From Eledone cirrhosa (lineage: Eukaryota), in the NCBI GenBank assembly GCA_964016885.1, contig OZ024751.1, forward strand, positions 3,844,001 to 3,908,000: a DNA stretch of 64,000 nucleotides. The letters run 5' to 3'. Position numbers and translations under genes: made by a program. The notes beneath the pieces were generated by a model, which saw nothing but the letters and a program-made list of their open reading frames with translations, was not told the origin of the DNA and did no database searches. This document shows, one piece after another, positions 23,501 through 36,801 of this stretch. Every line of letters begins with the position of its first letter. Position 1 is the first letter of the stretch.

Positions 23501-26377
23501 AAGGCCTACAGTAGACGGATTATCACTTTAGTTAAACAGCACTTGACAGGGGCCATTGTCAACAACAGATGGTGGTACTCTCTCAAGAGGGCAGTTAGAT
23601 TAGACTCGTTAGTTTTTAGTAAAGAATTAGCGTTAGATAGAAATAGAACCGAGAAGGAACTGGTAGATAAAGTAGAAGAGGCAATTAGAAGTGGCAACGT
23701 AGCTAGCGTGCTAGCAACGAGAACGGCCTTGGACCAGTTCTTCGACGCAAAGCACGAGGGCTGCGTTGTCAAAAGCAAAATACCTGCTCTGGGAAACGAG
23801 GGAGCCAAGGCTGTTAGCTGGGCCCGAATGACGGGGGCAAAAAGTGGCCAGAAGTCCACGATTCGGTATTTGAAGGACCAAAACGGACGCGTGATACGTG
23901 AGCCGAAGCAGATGTGTGCGGCCTTTCAGCGGCACTTTGCTCAACTGTTCGGGCAGGGCGGCGCGCCGGGAGGGGCTATGGATTTAGGTCCATACCTCGA
24001 CGGCCTACCGCGACTCTCGGACAGCGAGGCAAAGTTCTGCCAAAAGCCGATTTCAGCCGCTGAGATAGGGGACGCGCTGAGCCAATGCGGCAAACGCAAG
24101 TCTCCAGGTCTCGACGGTCTACCATACGAATTTTACGTAGCAATGCCGGACTTATTCTCTAGTCTCCTGGAAGCGGTCTACTGCAACTGGCAACAGAACG
24201 GGAGAATTCCCAGTTCTGTAACCGGAGGCATACTCACACTAGTCAAGAAGGACGAGAATAAGGGGGATGAAATAGGAAACTTCCGGCCCATAACACTGCT
24301 AAACACAGAGTTACAGATTTTGGCCAAAGTGTTGGCAAAGAGGCTAGCGCTTGTCGTCGAGAACCTGGTGGGAGAAGCGCAGACATGCGCAATCCCGACC
24401 AGGTCCATACACGACAACCTCCACCTCATGCGATACATCATAGAGAGGGTGGGGTGTCAACCCGGCTTCGGTGGGGCCCTGATCAACTTGGATCAGTCTA
24501 AGGCTTTCGATAGGGTTGACCATCGTTTGCTCGAGGCGGCAGGCTTCGGACCCGTGTTCAGGGGCTGGATTGCTGCAATGCACAACAGCAACATCTGCTC
24601 AAGGGTGAAGGTGAACGGCTACCTCTCAGAGCCGTTCCATATTACGCGATCCATTCGACAGGGATGGCCTCTCTGCTCTTTTCTGTACGTACTGACTCTC
24701 GAGCCACTACTGCGGAAGTTGGAGCTATTGCAGGGCATCCCTCTGGAACCTGGACTGCGGAAAGCGGCGTCGGCCTACGCCGACGACGTGACAGTAATTG
24801 TGTCGAGCGCGACGCAAATCGAGGAAGTCGGCACCTTACTGAAGGAATACGAAAGTTTCACAGGAGCGAAGCTGAACCGGGATAATACCATCGATTTGCA
24901 ACTCGGATCGTGGAGGGGCAAACCGATGCCTTCCGATGGCGTCGTCGGACGCTGGACGGAAGGACCGGTAAAGCTGCTCGGGGTCTGGTTTGGTCCGGAC
25001 CTCCAGGTGGAGAAGAACTGGAACGAAGTGACGGCCAAGGTGTTTGCACTCACCCAGAAGTGGGCCGTGTACAAACTATCCTTGAAAGGTTGAGCGGAGG
25101 TGGCGAACACTTTTTTAGCGTCCGCCATCTACTACGGCTTGACCGTCGTGCCTTGTCCAGCCAAAACGCTCGCTAAAATGGAGCGCGCGCTCTTCCAATT
25201 CCTTTGGAAGAGACGGGCTCCTTTGGTGAGAAGATCCATCTGCTGCCAACACTCTTCTAACGGAGGGCTGGGGATGCCGTGGTTGACGATGCTCAAACAC
25301 GCGCTCAGGCTGCGGCATCTCTACGTATTCCTCACCGGACAACCGGTGTTGGCCCCGTTCGTGAGGCGAGCCTTCCCACGACTCGTCTCGCTGACCGAGC
25401 TACAGTCCTGGGTCAAGCAAAGACCGAGGAAAATGGGCGACTGGCACATCGAATGTGCTCAGGCGGTCACAGCCCTCTGGCAGGCGGTCCCGGCGATCAG
25501 TGGAGACTCCACTTCGTCATTCTATAGAGGGTTGATCCGCAGCAAGTGCGACGACGCGCTCGGTGAAACTCTAGGCGTAGAGGAAGATGAACTGGCCAGT
25601 CTGTTCGGTAGGACCTTCCGCCCGGGACCGATGGACAACTTCCAAAAGTCCCTGGCCTGGCAGTGCTATCGAGGAGCTCTACCAGTTCGAGACAAGCTCT
25701 ACTGACATGGGCGCCCGAGCAGGGACCCTGCAAAAAAGATCTGTCCGAGGTGCGTGCGTAACGAAGAAACCGTCGCGCACGCATTCATATACTGCCCGGG
25801 CGTCACTGACCTGTGGGGCTATGTAGAACGACTATTATCCCGGGTGGGACCAATCCGGTTGACCACCGAGTCCATTGTCATGATCAAACCGCCACCCTCT
25901 TTCAAAAACGAAGGAGAGGCGGTTTTCCTTTGTGTGATAGCGATGGCGAAAGAGGTTGTATGGTGGACAAGGTTGAAAGGGCTGAAGTCAGACACCTTTC
26001 TCTCCGGCCAACAACTGATTCTTTTTTTCAAATACCACTTTGGAAGAAGAATCAGGATGGAGAGAGAGGTGCTGTACCCCAGCAAGTTTTATGAAAGGTG
26101 GGTGAAAGTGGCGAGAATGGCCCGAGTGAATGGGCCTTCTCTCTATATCAGCCTGTAGGTTGAGGAAAAGGAGGAGAGGAGGAAAGCAGTACAAACTCTC
26201 CGTACTCCTGGAGATGAGGGTTGCACATTTTTTCGCGGGTATGTGCTACCCTATTGGGGAAAATCGACTAATTTTTTAAATTGCATTTGTGATAACATTT
26301 TACACGTTTTTATTGTATATAAACTTCCCCCTTTGTATTTGTCCCCTTCTTTTGTGCCCCTGCGGCTAATAAAGAAA
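20573..26377 (+). mobile_element. Tx1-like LINE copy C (near full length, type-1 5' UTR)
   Basis: ORF1 with CCHC knuckle CYHCFTRGHLRASC (ORF 21719-22333); ORF2 from ATG 22734 (GYVNVRGL...AICES) to TAG 26158 with APE, RT and C-terminal CPRC..H..C; ends AATAAAGAAA + (ATCT)5. Confidence 0.96.
22734..26158 (+). pseudogene. Tx1-like ORF2 (APE-RT-zinc finger) with stops and frameshifts
   Basis: ORF pieces 22734-22976, 22949-25093, 25100-25705 and 25754-26158 tile a single L1/Tx1 ORF2. Confidence 0.93.
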
Positions 26378-26400
26378 CATATCTATCTATCTATCTATCT

Positions 26401-29400
26401 GGGATGGACACACGTGTGAAACTTGCTGAGTAAGTTCTGCTTTAATTTCTATAGAAATTCTTGATTGTAAACTTTCATTTTTGTACCATTTTGTAGAGGC
26501 ACTGCCAGGTCAAATTTTGATCTGGTCAGTCTCTCAAAATATTCTACGCCTTTAGGCGAAATAGTTAACAAAAAGTTTTTTTTTTTAAAAGCTAACATTT
26601 TTTTTTAAATGGCTGAATTCTCTTCATCAAAATTTGAAGGGGGAAAGGGGAAGGTATGCTTACAGCTTCCCCCTGCCACTGTCATAGTAACAGATGTCAA
26701 AGACAAAGGTCAGCCAGAGGAAGGATTTTCTCCACCTGCTGACCGAAACTTGACGTTGCCATGGCAACAAACCAAATGTGTGAAACAATGAACAAAACCA
26801 ACACAAACAGCGGCACCAGCAACAACAACAACAACAATGCTACGAACGAAAACAACACCAACAACAAGACCAATAACTGTGATAACAACAACAATGATAA
26901 CAACAACACCACCAACTACAACAGCAACACAAACAAGGAAAAGGTTTCCTTCGCCCAGACGGCAAGGAAAACCCTCGACTATCTGCCAGTAGATATAAGC
27001 AAAGCGAAGGAGCTACTGGCAGATGCCAAAAAATACATAGTGTACGGGGAAAATGGATAATTTTCGATCCACACAATCAAAAGAAAAACAAGAAAACACA
27101 CCTCAGACACACAAATGAAAACAACCCCTCCCCAAAACATAACACAGACACCAACACAAAAGAGCACACAACAACAGCAAACAAAAAATACCACACAAAA
27201 ACAAAAATATGCATACACATACATAAACACAAGAAATAAAAAACTACTAAACATTGTGTACAACAACAATTTAGTAAAAACCCAAGGGCCTAACTTCACC
27301 CAGGCAGTGGATTTCCCCCACCTCAAAATGATTAAGGCCCCAGAGGACACATATAAAACACTAAAAAACAACTTTAAAGAGGACGTGCCCCCCCACCCCT
27401 GCATCGGGCCCATTAACCGCGTCCTCCTAAAAAACTTCCCCACCCCCTCCCCAAACACCCATACAACTCCAAACACCCCAACCACACAACACACTGATGC
27501 CCCCACACTTCCACAAACCACCACCCCACCCAACAACCCATCCCCCACCCTCATGGAAATTGTGCGTCCCGGGTAACGGGCTGCACAATTTCCATGACGC
27601 AGAGCGGTAAGTGCCTTTTCTCTTCACCACCAACATGGCTATGCTAAGAGTAGGCTGTCTAAATGCGCGTGGCCTGGGCTCAACTTGGAAGCAAGCAATG
27701 CTTCTAAATGACCTCAGGTCACAACGTATAGATGTGATGGTTATTTGCGAGGCCCGGATCAGCAACGTGCGACAGCTGGCCCCCACCTTTGATGACTTTG
27801 AGATGCACGCATCTCTCTGTCAGCCCGGAAGTGGGGGGTGGGGTCGTCGTTCTGCTGCAAAAACATCTGGGTCTCGCAACACAGACGGTACATTTGGACT
27901 CGGAGGGTTGACTAGTGGTTCTGGACCTTGGCAGTGGTGAAGGCGGAGCGTTTAGGTTGGTAGCCGTCTACGGCCCTTTCGGGTCAATGCGGCCGGACTT
28001 CTTCCATCGTCTGGAGACTTTTCTAGGGACGTCCCGCTCCTTGCTATTAGTGGGGGACTGGAATGGTATCCTAGATGCACGTTGGGACTACGTAGGGGCC
28101 TGTCCCGATAGAGAGGGGTGTAATAGCCTCAAATGGTTAATCGGTCGATTTGACCTGGCCGATAGATATCGACTAGATTTTCCGACTGCGCCAACCTGTA
28201 CTTGGGCAAACTGCAGCGGATCATCTAGGTCATACCTAGATAGGTTCTTAGTTAGAAATAAGGATAAGGACATTTTAAGTTGTCCAAAAATGCGCATGGT
28301 TGGCTATTCAGACCACAAGTTAGTGACCTGCATGGTCAACCTTGACAGATCACATAGACAGGGACCCGGTTACTGGAAGCTCAACTTGTCCTTACCAGCA
28401 AGTAAGGCTTACAGGGACCGGATTAGCACTTTAGTTAAGGAGCGGTTGACGGGCGCCATCGTCAACAGCAGGTGGTGGGTATCTCTCAAAAGAGAGATTA
28501 GAGTAGTCTCTATAGAATTTAGTAAGGAGTTAGCCTCAAATAGAAATAGGAAGGAAAGGGAGTTGGTAGATAGTGTAGAAGAGGCAATTAGAAGCGGCGA
28601 CGTGGCCAGAGTGCTAGCGTCGAGAACGGCCCTGGGCCAGTTCTTCGACGCGAAACACGAAGGCTGCATCATCCGAAGCAAAATACGTGCTCTGGGAAAC
28701 GAGGGGACCAAAGCTGTTAGCTGGGCCCGCGTGACAGAAGCCAAAAGAGGGAGTAGATCCACTATCCGGTCTTTGCGAGACCAGGATGGACGGGTGATCC
28801 TTGAACCTAAGCAGATGTGCGAGGCTTTTCAAAAGCACTTTGCCAGATTGTTCGGAAGGGGCGGGGAGCCGGTTGGGGAAGTGGACTTCGGTCCATACCT
28901 CGACAGCCTGACGCGTCTCTAGGACAGGGAGGCGAAGTCCTGCGAGGAGCCGATTTCAGCCGCTGAGATAGAGGATGTGCTGAGCCAATGCGGCAAACGC
29001 AAATCCCCGGGTCCCGATGGTCTTCCATACGAACTATATCTAGCTATGCCGGACTTGTTCCCCGATCTTCTCGAGGCGGTCTACTGCAACTGGCAACAGA
29101 ACGGGAGAATTCCCTGTGCTGTGACCAAGGGCGTAGTCACGCTAGTGAGGATGGACAAGAACAAGGGGGACGATATAAATAATTTCAGGCCCATAACTCT
29201 GCTAAATACAGAGTTACAGATTTTGGCCAAGGTACTAGCAAAGAGGTTGGCGCTTGTCGTGGGCAACCGGGTGGGAGATGCGCAGACATGTGCTATCCCA
29301 TCCAGGTCCATCCACGACAACCTCCACCTCATGCGATACATCATAGAGCGGGTTGGGAACGAACCCGGCTTTGGTGGGGCCCTGATCAACCCGGATCAAT

Positions 29401-31343
29401 CTAAGGCGTTCGATAGGGTCGACCATGGTTACCTGGATGCGGTGCTAGCGGCGGCAGGCTTCGGACGGACCCGTTTTCAGGGGCTGGATCAATGCCATGC
29501 ACAGCAACCGCATCTGCTCTAGGGTCAAGGTGAACGGCTACCTCTCGGAGCCGTTCGAAATCGCGCGGTCCATCCGACAAGGGTGCCCTCTCTCCTCCCT
29601 TCTGTATGTAATGACTCTAGAGCCACTGCTGCGGAAGTTGGAGTTGTTGCAGGGCATCCCGTTGGAACCGGGATTGCGGAAAGCGGTGTCGGCCTACGCC
29701 GATGACGTAACAGTAGTGGTGTCGACGGCCTCGGAAATCGGGGCGATCGGCACCTTACTGGAGGAGTACGAAAGGTTTACAGGGGCTAAGCTGAACCGGG
29801 ACAAGTCGATCGGTCTGCAACTCGGCACGTGGAGGGGCCTATCGATGCCCTCCGATGGCGTCGTCGGGCGCTGGACTGAGGGCCCGGTGAAGTTGATCGG
29901 GGTCTGGTTCGGACCAGACCTCCAGGTGGAGAAGAACTGGGGTGAGGTAACGAACAGGGTGTTTGCACTGACCCAGAAGTGGGCCGAGTGCAAACTGTCC
30001 CTCAATGTTCGGGGCGGAGGTGGCGAACACTTATATAGCGTCCGTCATCTACTACCGCCTGACCGTTGTGCCTTGCCCAAGGGAAACGCTCGCCAAAATG
30101 GAGCGCGCACTCTTCCAATTCCTTTGGAAGAAGCGGGCTCCTATGGTGAGGAGATTCATCTGCTGTCAACACCCTTCGAAAGGAGGGCTGGGGATGCCGT
30201 GGCTAATGATACGTAAACACGCAGTAAGGCTACGGCACCTCCAGGTATTCCTCACCGGTCAACCGGTATGGGCTCCGTTTGTGAGGCGAGCCTTTCCCAG
30301 ACTCGTCTCGCTCACCGAGCTGCAATCCTGGGTCAAGCAAAGACCGAGAAAACTGGGCGCCTGGCGCACCGAGTGTGCCCAGGCGCTCACGGCTCTCTGG
30401 CAGGCGGACCCGGCTGTCAGTGGAGAATCCACCTCGTCATTCTATAGAGGGCTGGTGGTTAGCAGGTGCGACGACGCCCTCGGAGAAGCCCTAGGCATGG
30501 AGAAAGACGAACTGGCCAACCTGTTCGGTAGGACATTCAGCCCGGGACCCATGGATAACTTCCAGAGGTCCCTGGCCTGGCAGTGCTACCGAGGGGCTCT
30601 GCCCGTTCGAGAAAGGCTCTACAGACACGGGCGCCCGGGTAGGGACCCCTCGAAAAAGATCTGTCCCAGTGCGTGTGCGACGAGGAAACCGTTGCACACG
30701 CATTGCTACACTGCTCGGGCATTGCCGATCTGTGGGGCTATGTCGAACAACTGCTGTCAAGGGTGGGACCGATCCGGTTGACCACCGAGTCTATTGTAAC
30801 GATCAAGCCGACTCCCCTCTTCAAAAACGAAGGAGAGGCGGTGTTTCTGTGCGTAATAGCCATGGCGAAAGAGGTTGTATGGTGGACGCGTCTGAAAGGA
30901 CTGAGGTCAGACACCTTTCTCTCTGGCCAACAACTGGTCCGTTTCTTCCGATATCATTTCGGAAGTAGGATCAGGGTGGAGAGAGAGGTGCTGCACCCCA
31001 GCCGTTTCTATGAAAGATGGGTGAAAGTAGGGAGAATGGCCTGTGTGAATGGGCCTTCACTCTACATCAGACTGTAGGTGAGAAAGATGAAAGACCATGG
31101 GAGCACCCTCTCTGTGCTCCTGAGGAGAAGGGTTGCACACTTTTTTCGGGGGTGTGTACGACGCCCCAAGGAGCCTCCTCCCTATTGAGGATTTTGTTTT
31201 TCAATTTATTTTTGTTATATTTTATATTTTATATTTTTATATTTTGTTATTGCCTCCTCCTTAGTGAGGACGCCTTTTTTATATAAACTCCCCCCATTGT
31301 ACTTGTTCCACTCTTTGATGCCCTGGTGGAAAATAAAAAGAAA
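26401..31343 (+). mobile_element. Tx1-like LINE copy D (type-2 5' UTR, divergent ORF2, ORF1 deletion)
   Basis: Starts GGGATGGACACACGTG right after (ATCT)n; ORF2 27635-31077 in pieces (GCLNARGL, GDWNG, AYADD); ends AATAAAAAGAAA + (TATC)n. Confidence 0.95.
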
Positions 31344-31392
31344 GTTATCTATCTATCTATCTATATATCTATATATCTATATATTTATCTCT

Positions 31393-34300
31393 GGGATGGA
31401 CACACGCGTGAAACTTGCTGGGTAAGTTCTGCCTAAATTTCTATAGAAACTCTTAACTGTGAACCTTCATTTTTATACCAATTTGTAGAGGGACTGCCAG
31501 GTCAAATTTTGATCTGGTCAGTCTCTCAAAATATTCTACGCCTTTAGGCGAAATAGTTCATAAAAACCTTTTGGAAAAACTAAAATTTTTTTTTTAAATG
31601 GCTGAATCTTCTTCACCAGCAAGGAGGAAAAAGGAACATATGCTTACAGCTTCTCCCTACCACTGTCATAGTAGCAGATGTCAAAGACAAAGGTCAGCAG
31701 GAGGAAGGATTTTCTCCGCCTGCTGACCGACAACTTGACGTTGCCATGGCAACAAACCAAAACCAAAAGTGTGAAAGAATGAACAAAAACAACACAACCA
31801 GTGGCACCAGCAACAACAAAAACAATGCTATGAACGAAAACAACACCAACAACAAGAACAATAACAACAACAACAAGACTAATAACTGCAACAAGGAAGT
31901 AAACGACAAAATATCGTTTGCGCAAACCGTAAAGAAAACGGTAAGCTACACTCCGGTAGATATTTCAAATGCAAATGAGCTTTTGAATAACGCCAGACAG
32001 TACATAACTTTTGGGGAGAACGGATCATTCTCCATAAACTCTCCCCCAGATTTGCGAAGAGAAGCTGCTTTGAAAACTGTGGTTTTCAGGACAGTCTCAA
32101 ACAAAACCCGAAAACCGACTCAACTTTCACAAGGCGAAATTGAGTTGGTTTTAGAAGATGCCTTAAAAGACATTGCTTTCATTCAGAAGGGTAAACTCTA
32201 CGGGAGTTTATCCATTCTGATGAAAGACCAACTGACGGCACAGAAATATTCTGTGTCACCGTTGTTCACCTTTTTCCCCACTTACATGGGGAAAAGAACA
32301 CAGAAAATAAAAATCCAAAGTATCACACCAAATATTGATATTTGGTGGGTACTATGTGGATTTTTAAACCTCGAAAAAGACTCAATAATATCGGTAGGTA
32401 AGTCCTCCGGCGACCTGTTCAGCGGAACTAGCCTGGAAATTCTGGTCCAAATGACACCAGAACGAATAGCTAGGATCCCTCCCCACCTAAAACAACTCCA
32501 GAAACACCCACACACATAACAGCTCCCGGGTGAGGTTCATCATCGTCACCTAGTGACGATGAGGGAGAGCCTTTCCGACCAGTAAAAAGAAAAAAGAAAA
32601 GACATAACACAAACAAAAATGCAACAATCACACAAACACCAACGCAAGCGACGCAAATAGCACAAACAAAAACATCCCACAAACAAGAACAACAAACAAA
32701 ACGCAACACAACACAACAAAAATGTTACACCTACATAAATACTAACAATAAAACTTTAACAGACACCATATATAAAAACCCTTCGGTGGAGACCGAAGGG
32801 AAAACTTTTACACACTCTTCAGAGAATCCTAATCTCAAAATGATTAGGATCTCCATGGACACACATAAACAGTTAAAAGAAAAATTTCCTAACGACGTAG
32901 GTAAGCCCTGCGTCAAACCCTATAACCGCGTCCTTTTGAAATGTTTCCCCACCTCCACCCCCGACACCCCCACCCCACCTGACACCCCCTCCCCACCAAA
33001 CATCTCCGTCCCCACCCCGCCAGAGACCACCACCCCACCAAACAACCCCTCCAACACCCCCATGGAGATTATGCAGCCTGGTCCCCAGGAGACGGAGGGT
33101 GAGTCATTTCTTTTCCTCTTCTTTTAAGTTTTCAGCACCAACATGGCCAATATAAGAGTTGGATGTGTGAATGTACGCGGCCTGGGAATGCCCTGGAAAC
33201 AGAGCAAATACTTAAACGACCTCAGGTCGCACAGTATGGATGTGGTAGCCATTTGCGAGTCCAGGATCCACAGCGAGTGACAACTGGCCCCCATCTTCGG
33301 CGACTTTGAGATCTACACATCTCTCTGTCAGCCGGGAGATGGCGTGGGGTTGCCGTTTTGCTGAGGAAACACATGGACCTCGTAACACAGACGGTTCATC
33401 TGGACCTGGAGGGTCGACTGGTGGTCCTAGACGTTGACGGTAGTGAAGGTGGAGCCTTCAGGCTGGTGGCCGCATATGCCCCATCCGGGACACCGCGGCC
33501 AGACTTCTTCAAACGTCTAGAGACTTTTCTGGGAACGTCCCGCTCCCTGCTGTTAGTGGGGGACTGGAATGGAATCCTAGATGCACGTTGGGACTATGTG
33601 GGAGCATGACCCGATAGAGGGGGGTGTAACAGCCTCAAACAATTAATCGGCCGATTTCAAATGGCCGATAGATATCGACTAGATTTTCCGACTGTGCCAA
33701 TGTGGACGTGGACCAACCACGGCGGAACATCTAGATCGTACCTAGATAGGTTTCTAGTTAGAATTAGCGATAGGGACATGTTAAGCTATCCCCAAATGTT
33801 CATGGTTACCTATTCAGATAACAAACTAGTGAACTGCTTAGTCAACCTTGACAGAACCCATAGACGGGGACCCGGCTACTGGAAGCTAAACTTGTCGTTA
33901 CCGACATGCAAAGCCTACAGTAGACGGATTAGCACTTTAGTTAAGCAGCACTTGACGGGGCCATTATCAACAACAGATGGTGGTACTCTCTCAAGAGGGC
34001 AGTTAGATTAGACTCGATAGGTTTTAGTAAAGAATTAGTGTTAGATAAAAATAAGACCGAAAAGGAACTGGTAGATAAATTAGAAGAAGCACTTAGGAGT
34101 GGCAATGTAGCCAGCGTGCTAGCGACGAGAACGGCCTTGGACCAGTTCTTCGAAGCAGAGCATGAAGGCTGCGTTGTCAGGAGAAAAATACGTGCTCTGG
34201 GAAACGAGGGAGCCAAAACTGTTAGCTGGGTCCGAGTGACGAAGGCGAAAAGTGGCAACAAGTCCACGATTCGGTCTTTGAAGGACCAAGACGGACGCGT

Positions 34301-36770
34301 GATACGTGAGCCGAAGCAGATGTGAGCGGCCTTTCAGCGGCACTTTGCTCAACTGTTCGGGCAGGGCGGCGCGCCGGGAGGGGCTATGGATTTCAGTCCA
34401 TACCTCGACGGCCTGCCACGACTCTCGGACGGCGAGGCGATGTTCTGCGAAAGACCGATTTCGGCCGCTGAGATAGGGGACTCGCTGAGCCAATGCGACA
34501 ATCGCAAATCTCCAGGTCTCGACGGTCTACCCTACAAATTTTACGTAGCAATGCCGGAGTTGTTCTCTGTTCTCCTGGAAGCGGTCTACTGCAACTGGCA
34601 GCCGAACGGGAGAATTCCCAGTTCTGTGACCAAGGGCGTAGTAACGTTAGTCAGGAAGGATGAGAATAAGGGGGATGACATAGGCAACTTCCGGCCCATA
34701 ATTCTGCTCAACACAGAATTACAGATATTGGCCAAGGTGTTGGCAAAGAGGGTGGCGCTTGTCGTCGAAAACCTGGTGGGAGAAGCGCAGACATGCGCAA
34801 TCCCGATCAGGTCCATACACGACAACCTCTACCTCATGCGATACATCATAGAGAAGGTAGGGTGTAAACCCGGCTTCGGTGGGGCCCTGATCAACTTGGA
34901 TCAGTCTAAGGCTTTCGATAGGGTTGACCATCGTTACCTGGATTCGGTGCTCGAGGCGGCAGGCTTCGGACCCATGTTCAGGGGCTGGATTGCTGCAATG
35001 CACAGCAGCAACATCTGCTCAAGGGTCAAGGTGAACGGCTACCTCTCGGAGCCGTTCCATATCACGCGATCCATCCGACAGGGATGCCATCTCTCCTCCC
35101 TTCTGTACTTACTGACTCTCGAGCCACTACTGAGGAAGTTGGAGCTATTGCAGGGCATCCCTTTCAAGTCGGGACTGCGAAAAGCGGCGTGTGACAATAA
35201 TGGTGTCGAGCACATCGCAAATCCGGGAGGTCGGCACCTTACTGGAGGTATACGAATGGTTCACAGGAGCGAAGCTGAACCGGGACAAATCCGTCGGTTT
35301 GCAACTCAGAACGTGGAGAGGCAAACCGTTGCCTTCCGATGGCGTGTTCGGACGCTAGACGGAAGGACCGGTAAAGCTGCTCAGGGTCTGGTTTGGTCCG
35401 GACCTCCAGGTGGAGAAGAACTGGAACGAGGTGACGGCCAAGGTGTTTGCGCTCACCCAGAAGTGGGCCGAGTGCAAACTATCCTTGAAAGGTCGAGCGG
35501 AGGTGGCGAACACTTTTATAGCGTCCGTCATCTACTACCGCTTGACCGCCGTGCCTTGTCCAGCCAAAACGCTCACCAAAATGGAGCGCATGCTCTTCCA
35601 ATTCCTTTGGAAGAAATGGGCTCCTTTGGTGAGAAGATCCTTCTACTGCCAAAACCCTTCAAACGGAGGGCTGGGGAAGCCGTGGCTGACGATGCGCAAA
35701 CACGCGCTCAGGCTTCGGCACCTCCACGTATTCCTAACCGGACAACTGATGTGGGCCCCGTTCGTGAGACGAAACTTCCCACGACTCGTCTCGCTGACCG
35801 AGCTGCAGTCCTTGGTCAAGCAAAGACCGAGGGAAATGGGCGACTGGCACATCGAATGTGCTCAGGCGCTCACAGTCCTCTGGCAAACGGACCCTTCAAC
35901 ATTCTATAGAGGGTTGGTCCGCAGCAAGTGCGACGACGCACTCGGAGAAACTATAGGCGTAGAGGAGAAAGAACTGGCCAGTCTGTTCGGTAGGACCTTC
36001 CGCCTGGGACTAATGGACAACTTCCAAAAGTCCCTGGCCTGGCTGTGCTACCGAGGAGCTCTACCAGTTCGAGACAAGCTCTACAGACACGGGAGCTCGG
36101 GAAGGGACCCTTCAAAAAAGATCTGTCCGAGATGCGTGCGCGACGAGGAAAACAAGACGCACGTATTTGTACATTGCCCGGGCGTTACTGACCTGTGGGG
36201 CTATGTAGAACGACTATTGTCGCGGGTGGGACCAATCCAGTTGACCACCGAGTCCATTGTCATGATCAAACCGCCACCCTCCTTCAAAAACGAAGGAGAG
36301 GCGGTTTTCCTACGTGTTATGGCTATGGTGAAAGAAGTTATATAGTGGACGAGGTTAAAAGGGCTGAGGTCAGACATCTTTCTCTCCGGCGAACAACTGA
36401 TTCGTTTTTTCAAATATTATTTTGGAAGAAGAATCAGGATGGAACGAGAGGTGCTGTACCCCAGCAAATTTTATAAAAGGCGGGTGAATGTGGCAAAGAT
36501 GGCCCGAGAGGTTGGGCCTTCTCTCTATATAAGCCTGTAGGTTGAGGAAAAAGAGGAATAGAGGAAGGGAGAACTCACTCTTGGTGCTCCTGGAGATGAG
36601 GGTTGTACATTTTTTCGGGGTTGTACAACCCTTGGGTAACGCCTCCATCCTATTGGGGATTTCAATTGTTATTTGTTATTTTATTAATAATTTTATTTTC
36701 ATATACCTGTATGTAAACTCCCCATTTGTATTTGTCCCCTTCTTTTGTGCCCTTGTGGCTAATAAAGAAA
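31393..36770 (+). mobile_element. Tx1-like LINE copy E (type-2 5' UTR, B/C-like ORF2)
   Basis: Starts GGGATGGACACACGCG; ORF1 remnant 31746-32519; ORF2 33143-36540 broken; ends AATAAAGAAA + (TATC)n at 36773-36806. Confidence 0.95.
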
Positions 36771-36801
36771 TTTATCTATCTATCTCTCTATCTATCTATT
36801 T

